NCBI GenBank assembly: GCA_964016885.1
Contig: OZ024753.1
Location: forward strand, 21,080,001 to 21,144,000
DNA: 64,000 nucleotides
Direction: 5' to 3'
Source of the DNA: Eledone cirrhosa
Taxonomy: Eukaryota
Shown here: positions 26,426-39,499 of the stretch, in pieces
Numbering within the stretch: the stretch's first letter is position 1
Layout: every line of letters starts with the position of its first letter
Notes under the pieces: model-generated
Told to the model about the DNA's origin: nothing
The model's database searches: none
What the model saw: the letters and a program-made list of their open reading frames with translations, nothing else
Made by a program: the position numbers and the translations under genes

Positions 26426-27015
26426 TATATGAAATATAAGAATCAAAGAACTGTTCAAAAGATTATTGTGCTTACAGCTGTTTCCTCCAAACCGAGGTTT
26501 GGATTCTTCGGAGCAATTTATTAATGCATGGACAGTTATATGACCTCCTTTTCATCCGAGAGACTATATCAATCATATAAAGAATTTGCCACCAGATCTA
26601 CCAACCTAACACTCTTATTTACCTACCTAAGTGCCTCTACCACACATATCTCTCTGCCACACTATATAAACAAGACGCACGTGCGTGCCACACATATAAC
26701 ATTTGCACTATATAACCGCTTATCTTCATGTTGTATTTTAACCTATATTTTTGATTTTTGATTGTACCTATTAATATAAATGTAATCTCGAAGTGTGTAC
26801 TGCCACTCTAAATTCTGTAATGAATGTTGACCCACAATGTTTGAATATGTATCAATGTTTGAATATGTATTGGTATGTCTCTCGGCTGAAAAGGAGGTCA
26901 TATAACTGTCCATGCATTAATAAATTGCTCCGAAGAATCCAAACCTCGGTTTGGAGGAAACAGCTGTAAGCACAATAATGTTTTGAACAGTTCTTTGATT
27001 CTTATATTTCATATA
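26426..27015. repeat. Fold-back element with 139-bp arms and hammerheads (CCGAAGA core) in both orientations
   Basis: 26426-26564 pairs with 26877-27015. The fold UGCU-CCGAAGA-aUCCAAACC/GGUUUGGAg-GAAA-CAGCUG-UA-AGCA lies at ~26924-26976 (+) and ~26465-26517 (-). Confidence 0.85.
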
Positions 27016-27028
27016 TTTCATATATTTC

Positions 27029-27125
<97 letters not shown>

Positions 27126-27146
27126 CATATACACATACACACACAT

Positions 27147-27293
<147 letters not shown>

Positions 27294-27414
27294 GGAGGTG
27301 AGTTTTATTGTAGTACAATAAAGCAATGCAGATATCGGATAAGAAGCACTCTACAGTTTGTAGGACTGGAGTATGCATAATATAAGATCAAAAGATGGTT
27401 AAAGGAGTTCCATG

Positions 27415-27485
27415 TATTTTATTATGCGCATTTCAAAAACAAACATCATCATGCAATAATATTTGTGTTTTCATCAGATAAAACA
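27415..27485 (-). ncRNA. Type I hammerhead ribozyme (inverted pLTR copy)
   Basis: Mirror of 29912-29982. Confidence 0.82.
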
Positions 27486-28059
27486 GGAGAACATGATATG
27501 AAGGCTAAAAACACTTGTGGATAGTGCAGTTTTAAATCTACATAAGAAAAGTGGTTTTAGATTGATGTGTGATATTGGGAAAAATATTTTATTTAGAGAG
27601 GGGGGGGGTGAAAAAGGGGGAGGAGATGAGAGGGAGAGATGGGTGATAGAGAGAAAGAGATAGCTTTTATAACTGAGAGGAGATATACTGTCCCACACAG
27701 AGAGGTTGAAAACCGTTGGAAGATAATGTATAAACCTCAAAAAAAATTTTTGAAAATCAACGAAAGGAGGATATGTGCGAGGAAAAAGTATTTTATTTAA
27801 GGAGGGGGGCTGGAAAGGATGAAAAAAAGGGGGAGGAGATGAGAGTGAAGGTGGAGAGGGAGAGATGGGCGATAGAGAGAAAGAGATAGTTTTTATAACT
27901 GAGAGAAAGATACATTGTCTTACACAGAGAGGTTGAGAAACCGTTGGAAGATAATGTATAAATTAAAGGAATTTGAAAATTAACGAAGGGAATTTATGTA
28001 TGAAGATAGAGAGAAGAAATAATAATTGTGGATGAATATTCTAACGTCAAAAAAAGGGT

Positions 28060-28899
28060 ATGTTGTATGTTATAATTCCTAAATTATTTTTTAGTGCCTT
28101 AAATAAATGCTTCCCTCCCTCACATATCTATAGTAAAATATTTAACAAACACACCATCAAATTTTCGTATTCTACATCCTCCAATATTTCCAACATCATC
28201 TCTAAACATAACAATAAAATACTAAATACTAAATCTCTTCCTTCCAATATTGAATTTCATAATAACAGTAATAGTACTCCCGACGCCATTGTAAACCCTA
28301 GACTAACTTCTGTAAACCCAAATACAACGTCAAACACAACTTCGCTAAATGTTCATAATCCAACTCTAAATCAAGAAACTATTATTCCTATTATTCCTAT
28401 CGCAAACAACTTCTCCAATCCAATTCCTTCTATAGATAACACTAGATCACTCATTAATAATCTCTCTAATTGCAACTGCCGCATTAAAAATAAATGTCCT
28501 CTCAACAACCATTGTCTCGATAAAAACTTAATTTATGAATGTAAAATTATAACTAGCACCAATTCCTTCACCTATTTTGGCTCCACTTCCACCTCTTTTA
28601 AAGCTCGTCTCTATAATCATCATTCATCTTTCAAATACAAACTTAAAAGAACTAACACTGCTCTCTCAGAACTCATATGGTCCTTAAAAGACAAAAACAT
28701 TAAATATACCATCTTTTGGAAGAAGATTTCTTCTGCATCCTCATACTTGAACAGCTCTCTATCTAAAATCTGTAATCTCTGCCTAAATGAAAAATTTACC
28801 ATTATCTCTAACCTAGATTCTATAATAAATAGACGCACAGATTTGTTTTCTATCTGCCTGCATAAATTCCATAGAACTTTTCACAAAGTATACAGTTAA
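28060..28899 (+). CDS. PLE C-terminal GIY-YIG endonuclease region (open frame, RT missing)
   Basis: KIFN..TIKFSYS, CNCRIKNKCPL (CxCx5C), NLIY..YFGST..FKARLYNH..SF, TALSELIW and CNLCLNEK. Confidence 0.82.
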   Translation: MLYVIIPKLFFSALNKCFPPSHIYSKIFNKHTIKFSYSTSSNISNIISKHNNKILNTKSLPSNIEFHNNSNSTPDAIVNPRLTSVNPNTTSNTTSLNVHNPTLNQETIIPIIPIANNFSNPIPSIDNTRSLINNLSNCNCRIKNKCPLNNHCLDKNLIYECKIITSTNSFTYFGSTSTSFKARLYNHHSSFKYKLKRTNTALSELIWSLKDKNIKYTIFWKKISSASSYLNSSLSKICNLCLNEKFTIISNLDSIINRRTDLFSICLHKFHRTFHKVYS

Positions 28900-29911
28900 T
28901 ATTCAATTCTTTATCAATTTAGAATCTTTTCTCAAAGGCACATATACATACACCTCTTTAAAATATACCCATCTTCCTACCATACTTTAAAGGGCTTTAT
29001 ACACTCTATAATACTTGTTTACTCATTACCCTCACTCTATCTTCACTTGTAAAATCATTCATAACATATACATCTGTTTTTTTTTACGTTAGAATATTTA
29101 TCCGCAATCATTATTTTTTTCTCTCTCTCATAAATCTTTTTAATCTCAATTTCATCCTTAATTTTTTTTTTCTCCCCATCAACGAACTCATTCTTAATAC
29201 ATATTAACTCTATTCGCATATATTATCAATTCCTCCAATATACAAACTTTAACTTCACATTATTTTTCTCAAATCCTTCTACACACAAACCTTAATAATT
29301 TTTCTCTTCGTTAATTTTGAAATTGCCACAACATACCCTTTTTTTGACGTTAGAATATTCATCCACAATTATTATTTCTTCTCTCTATCTTCATACATAA
29401 ATTCCCTTCGTTAATTTTCAAATTCCTTTAATTTATACATTATCTTCCAACGGTTTCTCAACCTCTCTGTGTAAGACAATGTATCTTTCTCTCAGTTATA
29501 AAAACTATCTCTTTCTCTCTATCGCCCATCTCTCCCTCTCCACCTTCACTCTCATCTCCTCCCCCTTTTTTTCATCCTTTCCAGCCCCCCTCCTTAAATA
29601 AAATACTTTTTCCTCGCACATATCCTCCTTTCGTTGATTTTCAAAAATTTTTTTTGAGGTTTATACATTATCTTCCAACGGTTTTCAACCTCTCTGTGTG
29701 GGACAGTATATCTCCTCTCAGTTATAAAAGCTATCTCTTTCTCTCTATCACCCATCTCTCCCTCTCATCTCCTCCCCCTTTTTCATCCTCCCCCCCTCTC
29801 TAAATAAAATATTTTTCCCAATATCACACATCAATCTAAAACCACTTTTCTTATGTAGATTTAAAACTGCACTATCCACAAGTGTTTTTTAGCCTTCATA
29901 TCATGTTCTCC

Positions 29912-29982
29912 TGTTTTATCTGATGAAAACACAAATATTATTGCATGATGATGTTTGTTTTTGAAATGCGCATAATAAAATA
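29912..29982 (+). ncRNA. Type I hammerhead ribozyme in the PLE 3' end
   Basis: UGUUUUAU-CUGAUGA-AAAC...GUUUU-GAAA-UGCGCA-UA-AUAAAAUA. Confidence 0.85.
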
Positions 29983-30012
29983 CATGGAACTCCTTTAACC
30001 ATCTTTTGATCT

Positions 30013-30054
<42 letters not shown>

Positions 30055-30320
30055 TTATATACATACATATACATACATACACACACATACATATACACAC
30101 ATAAAGATACATAACTAAATATACATATATACACATACACGCACACATACACACACACACGCACGTGTATACACACACACACACACACACATATACATAT
30201 GTCCGTATATATACCCCTCCGTTCACACATACATGCATACATACACACACATATACATACATACATCCATATATACATATACACATATAAAGAGAGAGGC
30301 ATACACACACACACACATAC

Positions 30321-30367
<47 letters not shown>

Positions 30368-30484
30368 TACATACATATACATATACACATATGTACACAT
30401 AAATACACACAGACACATACACACATATACACATACATATACACATACATACATATCCATATACATATATATACACATACATAT

Positions 30485-30529
<45 letters not shown>

Positions 30530-30602
30530 CACATACATACACATACACATACACATACACATACAAGTACACACATACACACATACATACACATACACGT
30601 AC

Positions 30603-30633
<31 letters not shown>

Positions 30634-30784
30634 CATATATACATACATATATATATACATATATATATACACATACACATATGTACACACATATATACAT
30701 ATATGCACATACATACACACACACACACATATGTATAGGTACATACACATACATACACACACACATAAACATACATATCTATCC

Positions 30785-30832
<48 letters not shown>

Positions 30833-30962
30833 GGAAAGTTATATTTAAATTGTTGGGTTACAACTAGTAAATATTTATAACTGATATAAAAGCACTCCAC
30901 AAATATTTGGAGTATATTTACGATATTAAATAAATGGAAACTATATTTATAAAACCATATTT

Positions 30963-31026
30963 ATTTCATTATATATATTTCAGGGATATCATATTTACAA
31001 TATGTTATGCCTTCTTCAGACAAAAT
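30963..31026 (-). ncRNA. Type I hammerhead ribozyme
   Basis: Mirror of 31213-31276. Confidence 0.75.
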
Positions 31027-31212
31027 ACAATATAGACAGTTTTATAAATAAATAGATTTGACATACCGTTCAACATCGACTTGTATTTGAAAAGTTGATT
31101 TGGCAGTCTTTGAATTTGAAAAGTTGATTTGACTGCCAAATCAACTTTTCAAATACAAGTCGATGTTGAACGGTATGTCAAATCTATTTATTTATAAAAC
31201 TGTCTATATTGT

Positions 31213-31276
31213 ATTTTGTCTGAAGAAGGCATAACATATTGTTAATATGATATCCCTGAAATATATATAATGAAAT
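31213..31276 (+). ncRNA. Type I hammerhead ribozyme
   Basis: AUUUUGU-CUGAAGA-AGG...CCU-GAAA-UAUAUA-UA-AUGAAAU. Confidence 0.75.
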
Positions 31277-31318
31277 TAATATGGTTTTATAAATATAGTT
31301 TCCATTTATTTAATATCG

Positions 31319-31382
<64 letters not shown>

Positions 31383-31427
31383 TATACAAACATACACATA
31401 CATACATGTACATATACACATATATAC

Positions 31428-31478
<51 letters not shown>

Positions 31479-31526
31479 CATATATATATATACACACACA
31501 AACATACACACATCCATACATATATG

Positions 31527-31562
<36 letters not shown>

Positions 31563-31718
31563 TACACACACCCACATACATATATACCCACACGTACATA
31601 CATCCATACATCCCTACACACACATGTGTGTGTCTCACCGTTCATTCAATTATTCATGTGTATACATAAGAAGAGGGGGGGGGGGTAGTGAAATGGAATT
31701 TTACCTCCGAGTGTTAAT

Positions 31719-32322
31719 TCATTTTTTCGTGTTCAGTAGTGGTTTAAATTTTTCAATGAAGAACTCTTCTTTATATCTGCGGAAATGTTCGTTATCCGAC
31801 CATATCTTGAAGAAAGGGAAGATTGTGAATTTTCCCTTCCCGCATGATGCAAAGTGTGCGCTACATGTGGTATTTCTGACTGTGGGGTCTTTAATCTGTT
31901 GTTTATGTACCCGGACTCTATCATGTAATCCCGTTCCGGTTTCCCCAATGTAATACTCTTTACACTGTGGACATGTTGCGCAATATATTAGGTTTTTCGT
32001 TTTGCAGTTCATGTTAGCATTGACCTTGAAATTATCATGGTTTTTGAATGACAACTGTTTGCCCTCTTCGATGAGTTCACAGGTTCCACATCTAGGGTCC
32101 CCGCATTTCGTCACTTGCATTGATTCCACGTTGGTCGTAAATTTTGCCTTGGTAATTAGTTTTTTAAGGTTGGGTGCTTGGCGTCTGCTATAAATTATCT
32201 GTGTGTTTTTTAAGAGTGCATTCATTTTGGTAGATTGCTGTAGAATCGGGAGATACTGCTTAGCAGTTTTCACAATGTTGATGTTCCCTGGGTTGTGAGT
32301 GAAGGGAACATCAACATTGTGA
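31719..32322 (-). CDS. Neptune-type PLE zinc-finger linker and GIY-YIG endonuclease (5'-truncated)
   Basis: RQAPNLKKLITKA, KCGDPRCGTC and NCKTKNLIYCATCPQCKEYYIGETG..R..H. An inverted partial copy lies at 32323-32664 (+). Confidence 0.85.
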
Positions 32323-32794
32323 AAACAGTTGTCATTCAAAAACCATGATAATTTCAAGGTCAATGCTAACATGAACTGCAAAACGAAAAACCTAATATAT
32401 TGCGCAACATGTCCACAGTGTAAAGAGTATTACATTGGGGTAACCGGAACGGGATTACATGATAGAGTCCGGGTACATAAACAACAGATTAAAGACCCCA
32501 CAGTCAGAAATACCACATGTAGCGCACACTTTGCATCATGCGGGAAGGGAAAATTCACAATCTTCCCTTTCTTCAAGATATGGTCGGATAACGAACATTT
32601 CCGCAGATATAAAGAAGAATTCTTCATTGAAAAATTTAAACCACTACTGAACACGAAAAAATGAATTAACACTCGGAGGTAAAATTCCATTTCACTACCC
32701 CCCCCCCCCCTCTTCTTATGTATACACATGAATATCTGAATGAACGGTGTGTAGGGATGTATGGATGTATGTACGTGTGGGTATATATGTATGT

Positions 32795-32833
<39 letters not shown>

Positions 32834-32885
32834 CATATATGTATGGATGTGTGTATGTTTGTATGTGTGTGTGTATATATATATG

Positions 32886-32942
<57 letters not shown>

Positions 32943-32999
32943 GTATATATGTGTATATGTACATGTATGTATGTGTATGTTTGTATATGTGTGTGTGTG

Positions 33000-33052
<53 letters not shown>

Positions 33053-33361
33053 GGATAGATATGTATGTTTATGTGTGTGTGTATGTATGTGTATGTACCT
33101 ATATATATGTGTGTGTGTGTATGTATGTGCATATATGTATATATGTGTGTACATATGTGTATGTTTCTGTTTGTGTATATGTATGTATGTATGTAGATGT
33201 ATGTGTATATATATGTATATATATGTATATGTATGTGTATGTGTATATGTGTCTTTATGTGCTCTTATACGCATATATATATATATATATGTATGTGTGT
33301 ATGTGTGTATGTATGTGTGTGTATGTGTATATATATGTATATATATATGTATGTATATATG

Positions 33362-33392
<31 letters not shown>

Positions 33393-33457
33393 GTACATGT
33401 ATGTGTATGTATGTATGTGTGTATGTGTGTACTTGTATGTGTATGTGTGTGTATGTG

Positions 33458-33496
<39 letters not shown>

Positions 33497-33614
33497 GTGT
33501 ATATGTATGTGTATATATATGTATATGGATATGTATGTATGTGTATATGTATGTGTATATGTGTGTATGTGTATGTGTGTATTTATGTGTACATATGTGT
33601 ATATGTATGTGTAT

Positions 33615-33690
<76 letters not shown>

Positions 33691-33844
33691 GTGTGTGTGT
33701 GTGTGTGTGTATGCCTCTCTCTTTATATGTGTATATGTATATATGGATGTATGTGTGTATATGTGTGTGTATGTATGCATGTATGTGTGAACGGAGGGGT
33801 ATATATACGGACATATGTGTGTGTGTGTGTGTGTGTGTATACAC

Positions 33845-33917
<73 letters not shown>

Positions 33918-34050
33918 TGTGTGTATGTGTGCGTGTATGTGTATATATGTATATTTAGTTATGTATCTTTATGTGTGTATATGTATGTGTGTGTATGTAT
34001 GTATATGTATGTATATATGTATATATGTATATTTATATATATATATATAT

Positions 34051-34500
34051 ACAATTAAGTTAAAATTCACGCTCTATGCAAATTAGTCTGCCCACTACTA
34101 ATTTTCATAGAAAAAGCATATAACGATATGTGCTTTTACGATTCTCTAGAAAGGCCGGAAGATAGGTAAATATTGCTGATGAGATGTAACAACATCGAAA
34201 CTAGTCCAATATTCCTTGTCTGGCTTTCTGGAGAATAGAGGAAAGGTGTTTCCTCAAAAACCAGTATGACTCTAAAAACCGGTTTGTCTGTGTGTTTACA
34301 TACAGAATAGCTGGACACTCACAGTAAAGTGACCAGTGAAAAACTCGGTACATCTACATATGTACACGTGTGTGTATTCATATGCATACTAGTATTTCAG
34401 TATACATATGTGGATGTACATTTTTAACTTAATTGTTTAAGCGTCAGTCATACAAAAGTGAGTTACAAACGAAACGAAATTTAATTTCGTTATTTGTTTT
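34051..34500 (+). mobile_element. Small non-coding hammerhead-bearing element with a 15-bp inverted repeat
   Basis: ACAATTAAGTTAAAA (34051-34065) and TTTTAACTTAATTGT (34422-34436); (TA)n flanks. Confidence 0.6.
34169..34213 (+). ncRNA. Canonical minimal type I hammerhead ribozyme
   Basis: AAUAUUG-CUGAUGA-GAUG-uaacaa-CAUC-GAAA-CUAG-UC-CAAUAUU; GUC cleavage triplet. Confidence 0.9.
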
Positions 34501-34558
<58 letters not shown>

Positions 34559-34576
34559 TGTATGTGTATATGTATG

Positions 34577-34641
<65 letters not shown>

Positions 34642-34650
34642 ATGTGTATA

Positions 34651-34694
<44 letters not shown>

Positions 34695-34700
<6 letters not shown>

Positions 34701-35448
34701 CATGTGGAGGTATGAGTACATATTCGTGTGTGTACGTATGTGTATGTGTGTTTTTATATGTGTCTCTATATGTTTTTGTGTATGTATTTGTACATGGGTG
34801 TGTGATTGATGGTGTGTGCCTATATATTCCTACATATGCCCGTGTGTGTAAGTACGTATATGCACACATATGTGTGTGTTGAACAAAGGACTAACTTTGG
34901 GATGGACGTAGAAAAATTCTTCAGGAAAGAAAGAAAAAAATAATTATTCACAAACTTGACAGGTGCGATTTGCCCGTGACCATTCTCAACACAAAAGCAA
35001 TGCTAAAAGCTTTTTCCCCTGAATAAAGGAATTTTTCGAGAATGACCGGGGCAGGCCGCACTTGCTACATTTCTCCCCACCCAACCCTACTCACCGTCTC
35101 AACTCATTACTGCTATGAACACTTTTTCAACACACCTACACCCATGCACTTATTAAAGGGGGAGAAAAGAAACCCCCACCACACCACAGATATGTTAAAT
35201 CCCTATATATAGAACAACACACCACATACACATCAGTTTGACAAGCGCACCTCAGCGTGAAAGGTCTTTCTAAAAACGAAACAATACCTCCTACGTTAAC
35301 CAAGAACTCCTAAAACCTAACCAACAACCAACAACTTAATTTATAAAATAATTTTTTTTAAGAAAAATTCTTTTTGGATTTTGTGAAGAAAATAAATTTG
35401 TTGAAAGCACAATTGATGCCATTTTTTCTTCCCCCCTGTCTTAATATA
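34695..35448. repeat. Right arm of ~750-bp long-range inverted repeat
   Basis: Reverse complement of 25467-26220, followed by a ~35-bp unique tail and then (TA)n. Confidence 0.92.
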
Positions 35449-35531
35449 CCTAACTGTACCAAGGATTACACACATTTTCCAATATATATATATATATACA
35501 TATACACATATATACACATATATATACACAT

Positions 35532-35629
<98 letters not shown>

Positions 35630-36124
35630 GTGTACACATACACATACACATACATATATATATTTATATATATATAGAGAGAGAGAAATTTCGTATTTCT
35701 AAAGAAACACGGTATGTTTACAGGAAACATTTAGGAATCCGTAGCTATGCAAACACCAGGGCTAACACCTTCTGGTGGTGTCCAGCAGTAGCTAGGGGGA
35801 CAACCGTCTATACCTTTCAGGCTTGACTGTCCTTCATCAAGATGGTCACTTCGAGAATATGAGGTGATTAATCGTCGTAAATGAGGTGATTAATCTCATT
35901 TGCATATGAAGCTGCATAAGTTGGCTCAACTTATAATAGAATCATCATCATCAATTTACGTCCGCTTTTGCCTGCTTGCAAGGGTGGGACGGGAACTGAT
36001 TCTGGCTTGATTTCTACAACTGGATGCCCTTCCTAACACCAACCTCATTTACAGTGAGTGCTGGGTGCTTTTTTGCCGTGGCGCCTCCACGACCACTTTG
36101 CAGTGGAACGATAGGGACCCCAGT

Positions 36125-36220
36125 CCTTTCATCTCATTTCTACAGCTGAGTAAACTGGAGCAATGTGAAATAAAATGTCTTGCTCAAGGAAACAACACAT
36201 CACCTGGTCTGAGAATTGAA
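36125..36220 (-). mobile_element. Second SINE family fragment (also ~53700-53780)
   Basis: GAGTAAACTGGAGCAATGTGAAATAAAATGTCTTGCTCAAGGAAACAAC-type core present twice. Confidence 0.6.
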
Positions 36221-37424
36221 CTGAGAATAGAAATAGGATTTCGCTTCAGCCATCGTTTTATACAGATATGTATAGAAATTTCGTATTTCTATGCCAACAC
36301 CGGGGCTAACGCCTCTTTCACGCTTGACTGTCCTTCATCAGGATGGTCGTTGGTCTTGTTGTTACTGTTTTGGCTGCTACTGTTGTTATTATTGCTGTTG
36401 TGGTTGTTGTTGCTGTTTTGGCTGCTACTGTTGTTGTTGCTATTGCTTTTGCTGTGGTTGTTGTTATTGCTGTTGTTCTTATATATTTTGTGGTTTCACG
36501 TTAGAATTTGATTGGAATATTAACTCCTGGCAGCCATACATAAGAAGTCTTCTTGTTGTTGGTGGTGTTGCTACTGCTATTTTTGGTGGTAGTAGAAAGG
36601 CACTGACTCACAGTTCATCATCATCATTATCATTATTGTCTGCTTTCCCTGCTTGCCAGAGTTGCATGGGCTCATACAGACCAAGTCAGTACTGGGAGCC
36701 ACTGATCTCCCAGGCAGGCCAAATATCTGTGTTTCAATTATGTATGGTCTCACATTCTATTGAATGCTCAGGAGAAGTTGTCATGCCTTTGATACAACTA
36801 AGGGTTCTCCCAACCATTTCTGTGGCTGGATGCCTTTCCTATCACCAATCAATCATCAACTTTACCTTTAGCAGGAATGTTGTATATAAATCATGCATCA
36901 GTATCTTTCGATAACATTTTTTTCAGGTGTTATTTTCTTCCTGTTGTTTGTATGTTGACATTTTATTAACTTTAGAGGGATAAAAAATTAATTAATTATT
37001 TAAAAACAAAAGAAACATCTTATTTCACTTCTAATAAAGAGAGACAATTCAGGGAAACTAACATTAGTATTTTGATCCTGGGATGAAGTAAACTTGTTTT
37101 GAATAAATTCACATTTTGCTATAATACATTTACTAATATTTTGAAGAATGGAAGTCATATATCTTTCAAAACATATATATAAGAGAATAAATATGGCTTG
37201 GCGATGAAATACTCTTGTTTATATTTTGCTCTGCCTTTATAACTACTATTTCTCTCTAATATCTTTTCCTCTACAAACCTTTATATATTATATAAATGCA
37301 TTGAGCTATTGCTTTTTTAAAAACTGGCAATTACATACTATCATATTAATTCTCTACTTTTATTTGAGAATTATTTGTATAGTTCTACCTCTGATATATG
37401 ACTGGAAAGAAATGAAGTTTGCAT

Positions 37425-38108
37425 TTTCCAATGGATGTGTAATAGTAATATACATGAATGGCAAAGTCTAAATGAACTAAGAGAGAAATTAGGTATAAGG
37501 GGGATCAGATGCAATATGCTAGTGAAGAGATTGCATTGGTATGGTCATGGGATGCGTATGAAGGATGACATCTGTATAAAAAGGTGCGAGGCGATCAATA
37601 TTGATGGAAGCTATGGAGTAGGAAGACCTGGGACACGGTGATAAATCTGATTTTGTGCAACTGAACCTCTTAAAGTCAATAACACAGGATTGAGATCTTT
37701 GGCATTACACAGTAATACAGAAGACTTGACTTTCCATGTGCACAGACACACACAAACATACACCTATTAGACACCTCTTAACCACTATAACCCCACCCAC
37801 CCACTCCTGTCCACACCACCCTTACACTGTGAACAAAATATATCCAGCTCACACTGTAAAGTCGTTGTGTAGGTGTCAAGACAAAAAGCACCCAGCCAAC
37901 ATTGTAAAGTGGTCGTGTAGACATCACGGCTAAAAGCACTCAGGACACACTGTAAAGTGGTTGACATTAGGAAGGGTATGCAGCCGTAGAAACTATGAGT
38001 AAGACATGGGTATCTGACCCAACTTACCACAAATGGGACCACCCTTCTAACCCATGTTAGCGTTGAAAATGAACATTAAGTGATGATGGTGAGGATTATG
38101 ATGATGAT
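37425..38108 (+). mobile_element. RTE LINE 3' fragment
   Basis: RLHWYGHGMRM..GVGRP peptide, family 3' UTR and (GAT)n tail. Confidence 0.8.
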
Positions 38109-38700
38109 ATATACTGTTGTATAAGTTTGGTAGAAATATCCATGGGTAAGGGCTCTCTGACCATAAGATGAGTTAAGTATGATTAGTTACAACAGTGACA
38201 TATACAGGTACTTAAGTTTCGTTGGGTTATACACCCCAATTCATTCAGTCTATTATATAAAGAAAGATGGCCACTACCACAGTTGAATGTGATTTCTTTG
38301 TTTATTGTGTAAAGTTAATATGCTGGAATGGAGAGTGTATTGTCTGGAATAGAAAGCGTGTTGTCTGGAATAGAAAGTGTGTTATGTAAAATGATAAGAA
38401 GTAGCAACTTCACAGAGTATTTAAAATAATTTTTACCTTTATTTATTTCCTCCTCTCACCACCACTTACACCACAACTATACAATTATACCTATAGTACA
38501 TTCCTCTTCTCACCACCACTATCATCACAACTATACTATTATACTCTTAGAACCATTCTTTGATGTTTTCTAAGACATTTCTTTTACAACCGTCTAATAC
38601 ATTTTCGTTTTGTTTTCCTATCACTTTTTTTAACATTTTTTTTAATCCATTCTCTGCTCTATTGCTATATATAAATACACACACAAACAATATATATATA

Positions 38701-38963
38701 GTGGTAAAAAACCAGGAGGTTATATCCATAGTAAGTAAAGCACTTGATCCAGTTTGGTATAGAGTTAGTTCCACAACATATTAGCAAACCATACATTCAC
38801 CCGCATCAGTCTAACTTGAGATGTCTCCCTTATCGCTGTCCGTTGCACAGAATCCAGTCATATATACTTCTGTTCTCAGTGCTACCTCACTCGGATTGAA
38901 AATCTGCTAGGTGAAACGTGCGTCCCCAAGTATGGTTTTCTAATTTGTTGTGGAACTAACTCT
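38701..38963 (+). mobile_element. Small fold-back element with 34-bp arms and a decayed hammerhead
   Basis: 38761-38794 pairs with 38930-38963. 38889-38931 reads ACUCGGA-UUGAAAA-ucugcuaggu-GAAA-CGUGCG-UC-CCCAAGU. Confidence 0.6.
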
Positions 38964-38990
38964 CTCTCTCTGAATATATATATATATATA

Positions 38991-39454
38991 ATTGTTTCTA
39001 CTTTTGGCACAAGGCCAGCAATTACTCAGTACATTACTGGTACTTTATTTTATCGACCCCATAAGGATGAAAGGCAAAGTTAACCTCGGAGGGATTTGAA
39101 CTCAGACCATAAAGGGCCGTAACTCTTTGCTGCAAAGCATTGCGTCAGACCCTATACAGATACTGTCAATCCACCAATGGAAGTATACTTGGAACGGGGC
39201 AAGTAAAGTTTAGAATTGAAATAGAAATAGAAGCTTCGCTGTAACATTTTTGACTAAATAATATATTCTAATAATTGTTTCTACTTTTGGCACAAGGCCA
39301 GCAATTACCCAGTGTATTACTGGTACTTTATTTTATCGACGCCATAAGGATGAAAGGCAAAGTTAACCTCGGCAGGATTTGAACTCAGAATGGCAAGGGT
39401 CGTAATTCTATGCGTCAAAGCATGTCGGCCGACCGCCTACCGATACTGCCAATC
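38991..39454 (-). mobile_element. Two tandem tRNA-derived SINE copies (38991-39175, 39274-39454)
   Basis: Reverse complements of the 8300-8486 family. Confidence 0.85.
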
Positions 39455-39499
39455 TAATAATGGAGTATATAAACCCACTGAATGGAAAAAGATGGGCAT

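Larger units (their letters stand above)
30830..31320. mobile_element. Non-coding fold-back element: 190-bp arms, two antiparallel hammerheads, one-sided tail
   Basis: 30919-31108 pairs with 31131-31320; 22-bp spacer duplicates nearby arm sequence; (TA)n flanks. Confidence 0.88.
30021..34050. mobile_element. 5'-truncated Neptune-type PLE as a large inverted repeat, including its microsatellite-rich 3' region
   Basis: ~30021-32060 is the reverse complement of ~32323-34050, with unique anchors such as GTCCGTATATATACCCCTCCGTTCAC at ~30200 and ~33790. The left arm is interrupted by the 30830-31320 element. Confidence 0.85.

Noticed and set aside
27377-30020. Long-TIR DNA transposon interpretation of the inverted arms
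   Set aside because: The enclosed ORF is a PLE GIY-YIG, the arms are copies of its 3' UTR with hammerheads, and there is no transposase or TSD.
35375-35425. Hammerhead in the 750-bp outer arms (GUGAAGA...GAAAGCAC)
   Set aside because: The core is altered and I could not form stem I or stem III convincingly.
35800-36350. Two related minus-strand hammerhead-like remnants (~35802-35848, ~36315-36348)
   Set aside because: One has a UUGAUGA core and no stem III, and the other lacks the 3' strand of stem I. Too decayed to call.
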